Shown here in pieces: positions 11,705 to 23,462 of a stretch of 64,000 bases of DNA; the stretch's first letter is position 1; every line of letters begins with the position of its first letter. The stretch is taken from positions 1 through 64,000 of the forward strand of contig JBEWZL010000236.1 of NCBI GenBank assembly GCA_045837725.1, given 5' to 3'. A model generated the notes under the pieces. That model was not told the origin of the DNA. It made no database searches and saw only the letters and a program-made list of their open reading frames with translations. The position numbers and the translations under genes were made by a program. Origin of the DNA: Vermamoeba vermiformis (Eukaryota).

Positions 11705-14700
11705 TTATTTTACAATTTGTGTGAGTGTTTGTTGCTTGTACACGTTAGTTTTGTTTGGCACGACTTCAGTCAGGTCCTTGAGCGGTTCCAACAAGTAACT
11801 AATGACCGGAATAGCGAATGAATTGCCGAGCATTTCTTTGCGCTTCGTGTCCGAGTAATCATTGCACTCTGTGTAGCCCGATGGAAAGCCCAGCAACCGT
11901 TCACATTCGGACACTTTCAACGGCTTCAATTTGCCGTCAGCTCCGAGCACTGGATCGTAACGCGGGTTCTCGAGTCCCCATTCAACGGACTTGTCGGTGA
12001 ACTTCTGCACCGTGTTGTGTGTCGTGATGCAGTTCAGTTTTTCACGAAGAGCAATGCGATCTTGACTGAGGTAGAATTGGGCCTAGTGTTCAAGTTAGCA
12101 CTTTGCACGCGTGTTTGGCAATGTCTAGGACTCACGTATTGTTTCTCGGGATTTGACGCCTGTAACGGTCCCGTGCGCGGAATGTTCGTCCAATAATATC
12201 TGTTTCTGTGCGCACCACTCACTTGTGCCGCGTCAATTTTGACAGGTGACACGCCAAGGCAGTTTGAAATCTCGTCCTTGTCTTGCCGTCGCATGCTCGC
12301 TACATTCTCAAACAAGAAGAACGGAGTCTCGCCAGGATGTGACTCTTTGTACCACTTGAGAATCTTTACGAACTCGTAGAACAATCTACTTTGGCTGCCC
12401 TTCAGACCCTCTCTGCCTTTCTGTGAACAAGACACGTTAGTAAGTAGCACGTGCAAGCTCAACATGACGTCAATCAACGTACCTTCAACACAGACAAGTC
12501 ATTGCACGGACTGCCAGCAACAAACAAAGTGATCTTCGGCAAGCGTTCGACATCTTCCTTCGTGACTGACGTGATGTCCCAATCAGGGCCCACGCGAATG
12601 TACTTCACTGGCGGGCTTTTAGTCTCAGCAGCTCTTGAATGAATGTCAGTCACAGGGTATAACCAAATAAAGGCACCAACCTCTTTCTGATATTCATTTG
12701 CACCACTTGACGGCAATCAGAATCGATCTCGCAGACATAGTATTTTGCTACCTAAAGAGAACAAGCTCGTCAGTCAAAGAGCACTTTAACTATCACTCAG
12801 TACGTACGTTGATGCCGACTTGTTGCAATGCCACTAGTGCTCCACCAATGCCGTCAAAGCCTGAGAAAACATTGATTGGAGAATGGTCGGGCGGGAAGAA
12901 CATTTGACTGCACGTCTCGTAGAATTCTTTAGGACTGCAGCGCTGACTAAGTTCTTTCATGTTGTCAATCGGCTCTTGCGAGAACTGACTTAGCGGTGAG
13001 GAAGGATCGATTACAATCTGCTTCCTTCGTTTCTTTTTGGGTGAGGGATTATGTATAAGGCTGCCCTGTGATGGAGCTGAGGCCTGCAAGAAGGTGAATC
13101 AAATATAACTGGCAAAATATCAACTAGTGTACGTACTTGAGGGTGACTACTCGCAGGAGAGTCAGTGGGCATGGGCACGGGACTAAACTCCTCATCAGAG
13201 TCGAGAGAACTGCTCGAAGAGATTTCAATCATCTCCTGGAACTTTCTTTTCTTAGCGTTGATTGGTGACTTTTCATGAGAGTTGTAGCCAGAGAAGTACG
13301 GCTGCGTCTCTTGTATTTGCATGGGCACTTGTGGCTGGGGTTGCGTGGCAATGTCGAGGTTTCGGATGTGGGCGGGGGTGCTTGGTACCGAAGAGACATC
13401 GATCACTTCAGGCACTTTTGGTTGAGGCGGCATTTGTGATAACTCGGCGTACTGATCGTACAGTTGAGAGAGCACTTCATCAGGCAGCTCATCGACAATG
13501 TATTGAGATGGCACCTCGACTACTTCGTGCTGTGACTGCCACGGTCGAATATCGTCTTTGGACTGGTCCAACTCGCTGAAACTTTGATTAACTTCTGCTT
13601 CTTGTTCGGGCAAATTCTCGTCGTGGTCCTGTTGGTTTTCTTCGACGTAAGCCTCTTCTTGTGCTCGCCTCTGCTGCTGTTGTTGCAAGAGAGGGGTCGG
13701 AAGTATGGCTGCCAGTTGGCTGTCAGTGACTTGCGAGGCATCTGCTTGCGAGGAGAACGACTCTGACGACAAGCGCAACGGATCACTGTGTTCACTGTAC
13801 ATATTATTTACAAATGGATCGTTGGGCAAGTCGCGGAGTGAGCTCTGCAGCGTGGCAAGCAGTGGATTATGCTGTGGCAAGGGAAGAACTTTCTTACGGA
13901 CAGGACTTGGGCTCGTGCCAATGTCCTCCACTTGGAACATTTCCGCGGTTGCCACTGTGTTCGTTAGCTGAAACTTATTGACATAATTATCAAGCAGCTG
14001 ATTCCTGTCTGATTTCTCGGGTGTGTTTTTGTCGAATTGCTGCAGCACTGGCTGGATCTGCTTGTCCTCGGCGTGTCCTTCTCTTGAAGGGTAGTCGTTG
14101 TATTCTTGTTCCGAGTAGTAGCTGACTTCACCTGTCAGAACACTCACGTTGGCGTGGTAGTACCCAGCGGGTTGTGCGGGTAGGATTGGTTGAACCTGTT
14201 CGGTTTCATAATGCTGTGTCTCCGAGTTCGCGTACTCGTCACCAAGGTTCGAGTACTCCTGATACTCCACACTCTCCTCGACAGGTGCTTGATCTTTTTC
14301 GGCTTGAACGACCTCCTGAACTTCTTCATCGTCAACGTCATACACTTGATGTCGCTCAGGGCTATTTCTAGGTGTCGCACTGGCACTGTTAATTTCTTGG
14401 ACTTCTTTTTCATCCTCCGAGTCATCGTCCAACACGACATTCTTCTTGGGCGTTAATTTATTAATGGGCATTGGTGTGTAAGACGTTAGCCGAGGCTCGG
14501 ATTGGGCCTTGTTCTTCAGCCGTAAATCGAACATTTCCTTCGACCTTGGCGCTGAAAAACTACTCGCTTTGATTGGTGTGATGCCAACATGTGATCGCGA
14601 GGCACCACTGAACTTGTAACCTGCGTCTTTCATAGTGTCCAACATAGCAAATGGCGATACTGTCTTTGTTTTGCCTGGTGACGCAGTGGTTGTGACAGTA

Positions 14701-16296
14701 ATGTCTCCAGGACTAGAGCTAGCGACACGTGAAGTATTAGTGTTATTGTTATTGTTGGTGTTCGCGGGTGGGTTATTGCTTTTTTGTGGTGCTGTGTTTG
14801 TGGTTGACGTCGCCACTGTGTTTATCCTCGGTGCCTCTTTTGGCTTGTTGGGACTTTGTAACACTGCCCGTGGTGCGGGTGAATCTGCCGCCTTTCCTTT
14901 TGGCTCGGTGGATGGCTGCAAGGAATGCTTAGCTATCACAGAATTTACAATGTGCGTTGGTACTTTAATCACGGGACTATCAGTTGACGGAGTCAAGGAC
15001 TGTGACTCATTGCTGAGGTTATTGTTGCCGGCTCGTTGTCTGTCTTGATTAAGCTTGTTTTTGATCTCTTGTAACTTCTCTTGTGAAGCACGTCGCTGTG
15101 AGTCACGTGATCTTGTTCTCGGTCTGCGGACCAAGTCCTCGTCTTCGCTCTCGTTACTTGACTCCTTCGAGTTACTACTCTCACTCTCGCTTTCAACTTT
15201 AACTTCTTTCTTTACTTTCCTCTCGTGTTTAACTACCTTCTCGTGGGACTTCTTGACAGCGACACTTTTTGTTGTGCCTTGCTGGTTCGACTTCCTTTTG
15301 GACTCTGTCGATGACCGCCGCTTAGCAGGTGACGGCGGACTGCTGTCATCGATAATATTAAGCTCTGTGTCTTTTTTGGTTTTCAACATGAAATCACGCA
15401 GCTCTATTATCTTCAAGATGTCGTGACCAATTGTAATCTTCATGACTTCACTGAGGAACTTGGCGTCGAGCAAGTGAATAGAGCTCTCGCGTATTTCATG
15501 TTCCACGAAGATATTGACGTACTTTTCAATTTTAGCGGGTGTCCACTCGTCTGGTTGTTGCGAGAAGAAGTGCAGCCAGTACTCCCGCAGCTCGATTGGA
15601 AAATCCTCTTTGACAAACTCTTCCGATTTACGAACAGGATCTTTGTCGCAAAATTTTAATTTCGTTGCTTTGTAGTACTCTTTGAAGTAGTACACATTCG
15701 GATCGCGTTGTTCCTTCGAAGAGAGGGCTTTGTACTTCTGGTACGGCAAGACACGCACTTTGCCGGTGACTAAATGAGCAGGATTTTCGTCCATCATATC
15801 ACTTGGAAATAGCTCCCGGGAACCACATTTACGGTTGATAACTAAAATATTGGATTAGCGATCGAGTATGGCTTCGTATTTGCTTCTTCATCGATGAAAC
15901 TCGCCAAAAACCTCTATGAAAACTTACCGTCTGCAACATCAGTCGGCTTATAGTACCACCGGATGCCGAGCTGCGGCTGATCGAATTTGTCGCGCCAAAT
16001 GGATTCTAGGAAAAACGATAATATTTTAGCATCGCGTAATCGGTAATAATTATTAAAAATATGCTCTAAATTATCTCTACGCATGAAAATAATTTACAGT
16101 ACGATTTATGGATTAAATTATTAATATTAGGTATTTTCTTACTTATTTGACCAATGTACGGAGAGTCATCCTTGCCACTCCACATATAAACTCCATCTTT
16201 TACTGCGTATTCAACGTCATCTAAAACTACACTGTTGTAATAGGTGATCTCGCCGATCTGTTTAATGATCTCTGCAGCACGCCAAACAACATTCAT
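11705..16296 (-). CDS. DNMT3: DNMT3-type C5-cytosine DNA methyltransferase with N-terminal BAH and SAM domains
   Basis: MTase motifs VFSGFDGIGG, EID, GSPCNDLS, SRLFYEF, FLFENVASM, IDAAQVSGAHRNRYYWTNIP, ERLLGFPSGYT and LGNSFAIPVISYLLEPLKD are DNMT3-like. BAH: DGVYM..PYIGQI..IW..IRWYYKP..RELFPSD..ENPAHLVTGKVRVL. SAM: KYVNIFVEHEI..LLD..L..MKITIGHDILKI. The 13084-13136 intron joins the long ORF to the MTase in frame. Confidence 0.9.
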
Positions 16297-16477
16297 TATT
16301 GTCTTATTAACGTATGCCTAACTCCATTATTTATTGTTTTGTATGTAATATGGTATTGCACGCAACGCACAGAATGAAGACTACGCATTTTGATTCGCTC
16401 TATTTTCGCACTCGATCGGCACGTGCCAGCAAGCCTAAATAATACAAAATTCGCTTTATTACGATATACTAGCGTGT

Positions 16478-18301
16478 TTACAATTCCTCCAAAGGAATGT
16501 CACGGCCCTTGTCTTCCTCGGCGTGGGCAGTACGCAACTCCTTGACGCGAACAAGACCCTTGCTCCACTCATCAGGAGCAATCAAGACAGCGCGGTTGGC
16601 ACCAATACGATCAGCGTAGTTGAAGCACCAAGGGATCTTCTTGCCAGGGATCAATTGAACTTCAACGGCACGACCCTTCTCGCGCAACCTGAAGATATGA
16701 ACGTTAGCACAAAGTAACACGCGGCACGGGCAATGCACTTACTTGTTGGCGACTTGGTAAGCATTTACTCGCATAGCCTCGTCATAAGCAATAACAATGT
16801 CATCGATCTCAGGAGGAATTTCAGTGTACAAGCCCTTCTCCTTCAACAACTCGACAATGACGCAGTCACCGAAGCCAAAGCCAGCAGCGGGAATTTCAGT
16901 CTTGGAACCGTACAACGTCAACAAACCGTCGTAACGACCACCTCCGCAAATAGCACGCAATTGGACCTGATTGTGAATGTTAGATAAACGCTCTACTTGC
17001 ATGTGTCAAGCTACTTACAGGAGGCTTGGCAAAAGCTTCAAAGACAATGCCAGTGTAGTAGGCGAGACCACGAACAACGGAGGCATCGAATTGGAGCCAG
17101 TCCTCGAAGCCGTAGGCCTTGGCGTATTTCCACAAGTCACGGAACTCAACCATGACAGGTGAGTCCTTGCCGAGGACCTCTTCCAGTTGGCTCAAGTCCT
17201 TGATAGTGAGAGTTGAGTTGATCTTAGCAATGACATCTTCAGAGAGACCGAGTTCAGCCAACATCTTTTGCACGGCTTCAGCTTCCAATTTGTCGAGCTT
17301 GTCAACGATAACGCAGACAGGGGCGAACTTTTCCTTGGTGACGCCGAGAGGCTCCAAAACATTTTGCAAGACCTTGCGACTGTTAATCTTAATGCCGACA
17401 TCCTTGCTGGTCAAGCCCAATGACTTGAAACAGGTGGTGATAGCTGCGAGCAATTCAACTTCAGCAGTGACTTCCTTGACACCAACAATGTCCATGTTCC
17501 ACTGGTAGTGCTCGCGCTTGCGACCACGAGTGGTGTTTTCGTACCGCCAGCATTGAGGAATGGAGAACCAGCGGATGGGCAACAAAAGGTTGCGACCAGT
17601 CTTCAAAATTAAACGAGCAAGTGTAGGGGTCATTTCAGGACGAAGAGTAACGTTGTATTTGTCCTTGTCCTAGTATTTTGTAAAATTAGTGATAAGAGCT
17701 CTTGTTGTACGAATGAAAAGGTCCTACCTCAAAGTTGTACATTTGTTGAGTGATTTCTTCTCCAGCCTTTCGCTTGTAAAGTTCTTCGAGTTCCAAGATA
17801 GGAGCGTCATATTCCTTAATTGAAGCATTTTAATACCGCGATCCGATCTGCATCAACCGAGTCGACTTACTTGGAAAGCAAAGCGTCTAGCAGCTTCTCT
17901 AAACTTGCCAAACAACCAATTTCGCATTCTCATATCGACGGGGAGGAAATCTCGAGTACCAATGACGGGCTCGGTTTCAATAATACCTAAATAAATGGAT
18001 GTCAGTAACCGAATTTTGCATAAATATTTTCTGCTAATAAAACTTATTAAATATCATATTATTGATATTTATTATGATTTTAGAAGCAAGGAAAAATTAT
18101 GAGCGAATTAATTTTGAATTTTAGGATAAATATTTAAAATTTTCAAAACCGCCGCTGTTTTTAACTCCTTATACCTTTCTTTGCGTTACGACCACGCTTA
18201 GACTCATTAGTATTTTCTCCCTTCTCCTTCTTCTCCTTCTTGGGTTTGTTGTCAACGGGATTAGCTGCCTGATCTACTTTCTTCTGTTCGTTATTTTCCA
18301 T
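16478..18301 (-). CDS. hisS: Histidyl-tRNA synthetase
   Basis: Motifs [57 protein letters not shown] and GFGFGD, plus the anticodon-binding domain. Multi-exon. Confidence 0.95.
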
Positions 18302-18434
18302 GTTTGATTATGTGTCTTTATCCAAACTTAATTATAAAATAATAACGCGACAGCCGGCATAAACGGTTTTTTTTCCCTTTATTTTCGCAGATCCACTTTT
18401 TTTGCTGCCGCACAACAAATGTCCCTTTCGGCTA

Positions 18435-20294
18435 TTATGAAATCTTACGAGAAGTCATAATTAACGCGAGTTCTAGAAGCGCTCTCGTGACCAACAAATG
18501 TCCCTCTGACAGTGGGTGTGCGTCAATTTCATTTTTCAGACCAGCGCCAAATCCACAGACCAGGGTGTCCCTATTGACATCAATATGAGATACAACTATT
18601 ACCAAATCGTAGTTCCCGGTACCTTAATGCCCATTTCAGTGTTGTGTAAGTCTCATCCAGCTCTGCAAATCCTGTGGCACCGCTGTTAAGTGACTCATCA
18701 CCAGCGAGTGCCAACACGAGCGAATTCTTCTCCACATTCATCCAGTCCTCTTTTTTCTCTGGGAATGATTGATCCAAGTCACTGATATTGAACGCCATGT
18801 CGAAGTCAAGTGGTGCAAGGAAAGGATCTTTCGCTGACGGACGATCGGACTGAATTTTTCGTCAGTACTTTAAGTTAACTGAGACGGTCAACAAAGATGA
18901 CTTACAGGAGGCAACAAAACGAAGTTATTTGGATGCGCGTTGCAATGAAATCCTAACAAGTCTTCGTAGGTAGCCCAGCTAATGTTGTTATTGATCATAA
19001 GATGTTGAACCCATCCTGCTTCGTAGCCTAGTCGCCAATATATTTGTGCTAAGAGTGACAATCCTCCGCTAATAATATCGACTCATTAAAATCACTATCG
19101 TGATGCGTACTTTAATCGTACCTTGATGGCAAGTGTTCTTTTATGATTTTACTGTTGTTCTCCCACGACATTTTAAACTGTTCTGGCACTCCCTCCGGCA
19201 CTGCTCCAACATCACTGCCTGTCTCGTGAATCAGCCCGTTGTGCTGCATCAAATTAAGCTTGTTCTCATAGTCTTCAGTCAATAGTGACACCCAAGTCTC
19301 CATCAAAATTCCGTCTTGCGCACGTGTCGATGGAAATTTCGAAATCAGTTCTTCACGATTAATGTTCTTGACTATAGTCGGTAATAACATTTCTAAACCA
19401 ACAATCACGTGGTCTCCTAGCCTTCTGTCGCTGAAGGTTTCAAACAGGCCGCAAAACTTTTTAATTTTTGTGCACGTGTCGCTTGGCAACTTATACTGAT
19501 AAAATCCTGAATTATAATAAGTATATCGCGGTACTATGATATTATATTACCTATGGGTCTGTTTGCGATTGGCTTGTTGTGCTTCACGAGCAATTGTTCG
19601 ACTTGGCCTGTGAAGTACAACTCACGAAAACATGTCTGTTCGAACATCACGCCTCTAACTTCATTAAATTCTCGGCCCTTGTAGCTCCTATTTAAGTAGC
19701 ATATATTAGTTAATGTCGTACTTATTAAGAGGTGAGTCTCGTACGAGTTTTCTAAGGGTCTTCGCTTAATAACAATTCCTTGGCCTAAATTGCCACAGCC
19801 TTTCAATCGATAGTACTTGTCATTAATATGTACAATGGCTGATCTAGCACCACTTTGATAGCCTCGAATGTCCGTCTCTGCTTTTCAAATTAATACACTA
19901 ATTGGAAATTTCAAGTTCAGGAATTCGTACCTGTATCGGTCTTGATCAGAGGATGACGAATAGGTGTCGGTAGATTATCGTCAGATAGTGTAACTCCTTC
20001 TTTAGCGAGGATATCAGGCGCGGGAATGCCCGGGACTGGAGAAGAAAGTACAATTAATTGAAAATCAATGCTAAAATTTTAGAAAAAATCCTGGGATAAT
20101 GGCGTACCAACAAACTCTTTATACTCGTCGCCGAGGTGCTCTTGAGGTAAAAATCTTAATTTTTCTTGCTCCGTGAATGTCTTGCGAATTTCAAACGCAT
20201 CCGTTGAGAATGCCGCTGCTTCGCCTTCGCATTCTCGAAAATATACCATCGAAGCTCCAAAATAGAGCTCTTTATTGACTTTATGTTGTTCCAT
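18435..20294 (-). CDS. Atypical kinase-like (SelO/APH-type) predicted pseudokinase
   Basis: Eight exons splice into one open frame containing SGARSAIV..YYRLKGCG..RGVMFEQTCFREL, DRRLGDH, FHCNAHPNNFVL and LAPLDFDMAF. Stop at 18435. Confidence 0.6.
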
Positions 20295-20401
20295 GTTGAA
20301 AGATTAAACGAGATTAACGGAAGTTCAAAATTTATTTCGCATTTTGAACGCCACATTTCAACAACAGCTCGCTTATAACTTCAACACTTTTAACATACAC
20401 C

Positions 20402-22027
20402 ATGTCAAATAGAGGTAAGCAACTCGCTCATTAAAGGCGTGATGGAATCGAGATCCGATATTTTTCTCATTTCTGAAGACCACCTGACATTTAATTATTA
20501 ATAAGACATCTAAATTACTGGACTATGAAACAATAATTTCTTAGATTTTTTCTAAAAATTGTATTAGGCTGGGGACAACCAAATTCTGGTTCGAGAGGTG
20601 GATGGGGCCGTGGAGGCAGTCAATCCATTCAATATAACACTAAGCCAAAGACTACAAATACCAATGACTCATCGAACACTAATGACACAACCTCGAGCAC
20701 CTCGAATAATAATTATCGTGGCAATAATAGTTCTCGAGGCCGCGGTGGAGGTCGAGGAGGACGAGGACGAGGAAATAACAGCACTAATAGCTATAATAAC
20801 AATAGTAATTATAACAATAACAATAATGCTGGTCGAGGACGAAATAACAATCAGCCTCGTACAACGAAAAAACAAGCAGTTGTGATCGATTACACTCAGC
20901 CTTACAAAGGTAAGCCCCAAAAATATTACTAATACGAGTATATACTGACTTCATTAACAGGACTCGAGAAAATTGTTTCGGGAGGTGAAACAGGAGCGGA
21001 TCGAGCAGGTCTTGAGGCTGGTGTTGAGCTCGGCATCGCTACTGGAGGTAAGAAACAATACAAATATGTATAATTTGGTCGAACTAAACGAATGATCACC
21101 AGGCTTCGCGATGAAAGGCTTCAAAACTGAAGCTGGGAATGATCCGTCTTTGGCAGATCTCGGAATTGAAGAAGAATTCAATATTCATAGCTTCAGCGAT
21201 CTCTCCTCGTTAGTGCGTATTATTAATCCATAATCCGGTCTTCATCCGAGCTCGGTTGCTGACTCTATTTTTAGAATGCTGAATCCGCTGACGCAACACT
21301 AGCCTTCAGACTGCACGACAGTAAAGGCACTGATCGGACCATTGGATACTGCTTCGATCGAGTGTATTCCGAGAATGGCTCGTATCGCATTAGAAGTTCA
21401 GATTGGTGCTACAAGCCAGTGCTGATCATTACTAGTTTGAGTGACAAGGACCAAGAGAAGAACGAAACAGACATTAGGAACTTTGTGATTAGGAATCAAA
21501 TTCGCGTGTTGAACATCGCTGGTCATCGCGAGTCAACTGCTGGCATTGATAACTTCGGTGAAAAAGTTCAACAATTGCTGGTCAGTGCTCTGACACCTGT
21601 CATCAAGCCTAACGTAGAATCGCTGGAAAAACTCAAAGAACAAGGCATTCAAATTGAAAAGGGAGAAAAACCAGCACAAACAAAAGAACACAAGTACGAA
21701 ATTGCAGCTAAATTTAGACCATTTGTAGTCAACTCGAAGAAGACCAAAGACTACGACGTGTATATTGGCAGACCTTCTAAATGGGGCAATCCGTTTGTGA
21801 TTGGCAAGGACGGTGATCGATATGACGTGTGCAAGCAGTTTGAAGAGTGGATCTTGACTCAGCCCAAGATGATTGCTGAGGCCAAACAAGAACTCGCTGG
21901 CAAACGTATTGCGTGCTTTTGTGCGCCACTTCAATGCCACGGCGAGACATTAGCCCGCATTGCTAACTCTGATTATGGCACAGAGGAGAAAAAGCAGACA
22001 AATAACACTAACAAAAATGTAAAATAA
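20402..22027 (+). CDS. RGG/Asn-rich N-terminus + circularly permuted YpsA (SLOG, MoCo-carrier-like) domain + DUF4326 domain
   Basis: Five exons. cpYpsA: KIVSGGETGADRAGLEAGVELGIATGGF..N..ADATLAF..SKGTDRTIGYC..KPVLII..VLNIAGHRES. DUF4326: DVYIGRPSKWGNPF..ELAGKRIACFCAPLQCHGETL. Confidence 0.85.
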
Positions 22028-22050
22028 AATGTGATTTTTAATGTAGTCCT

Positions 22051-23321
22051 CTATTTTTGACCGTACATCTCATCAATGATTTGATCCATTGTTTTTTGTT
22101 CGACGCGAATAGTGCCGTGAATCTCACCAATGATGCGATCCATGTCGTTTTGCAGCACCATGTTGGGACCGGCATTGAACTTATTGTTGCGCACTCGATT
22201 AAGTAAGTCCTCTTCTTCGCCATTCAAGTAGTTGTCTCCGAGGGGCAGCGACGATAAGGTGTGATTAAAACTCAAGTTCTCTTCGATGTACCGCCAATCC
22301 GCTACATCTCGACAGCCAATACTGTTCTTGGACACGTCAAGCACTCTCAACCCAATGTTGTTTCTCATCGCGACTATTAACTCAGTGAAGCCATCAATAG
22401 TGATGTTGTTGCGTTGAAGAGCTAAGTGCAATAGTGTCGTGTTTCGTTTCAAAGCCTCACCTAGCATGTGACAGCCTTTATCACCGAGGTAATTGCCATC
22501 GACCAAGCCCGGCATGCAACCAACTTGTAGCGTCCTTAAGACCGTGTTGTGGCACAATAGATCAGCCAACATTCTCGCACCGCCTGGGTAGATATTGTTC
22601 GAGTTCAAGCTGAGTGACGTCACTGACGGGTGATAGCGCAGAGCTCCACAAAGGTGATCCACTCCGATGTCAGTTACCGCGTTGTTATCGAGATCGATTG
22701 TCCGCAATGAGTTGTTGTGTTTGATCGCCTCGCTCAACACACGTACACCCTCATCGCCAATTTGATCACGTGACAATGAGAGAGACTTGATAGTGCTGCT
22801 GGCCCGCACAAAATCAGCGAGGGTTTGCATAAAGGGCAGTTGTTGCGCTATTGCGCTTATTGAGCCTAAATTTAGGTCTTCAATGGTGTGGCTGGATTTC
22901 AACGCTTCAATAATTGGCAGCATATTGCACGTAGGACTGAATTTTAATTGGAAGTTCAGTATCCTAATCGATCTGTTTTGTCTTAACGCATCCGCCAATA
23001 ATTGAACTTGTTCTTGTTGGTGCAAAAACAAACTGGTGTACGAAGTAATAGACGTGCTTGCTTTTAGGGCATCGGCAAGAACTCGGAACTGATCTACCTC
23101 TTCAGCTCTGCCATAATAAACTGAGTCGAAGTTGATTGTAGCCAAACCGTTGTCGATTAGAAACGGTTGTTTAGCTAACATCGCCTTATGTATTTCTTCC
23201 ACTGATTTTAGAATCTACGAACGAGGCCGGATTAGTATTTTAAGCAAGGTTTCTGATCGCATCCTTGAGGGTTGCGATATTGTTTAGAATAATTTGCTAA
23301 CAAACTTACTGGTAGAGCCAT
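22051..23321 (-). CDS. RI-type (NLRC3/RanGAP-like) leucine-rich-repeat protein
   Basis: Repeats of about 28 aa (LxxLxLxxNxIGDxGxxxLxEALKxN). A 12-nt first exon (MALP) begins at 23321. Confidence 0.85.
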
Positions 23322-23462
23322 GTGTTATACGTGATAAGCAGTTGCCTGAAAATAAATTATTTGTTAGCTTACCGATTTCATTTTGTTTCTGTGAACTGGC
23401 ACGTGGGTAAGCGGATTCACGTGGCTTTAGGCGCTGCGGCCAGTTGACCTAATTATGCTTTA

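Noticed and set aside
13262-15659. Numerous + strand and alternate-frame ORFs over the DNMT3 linker (likewise over HisRS, CAP and zinc-finger genes)
   Set aside because: These are shadow ORFs of low-complexity or codon-biased coding sequence, with no motifs.
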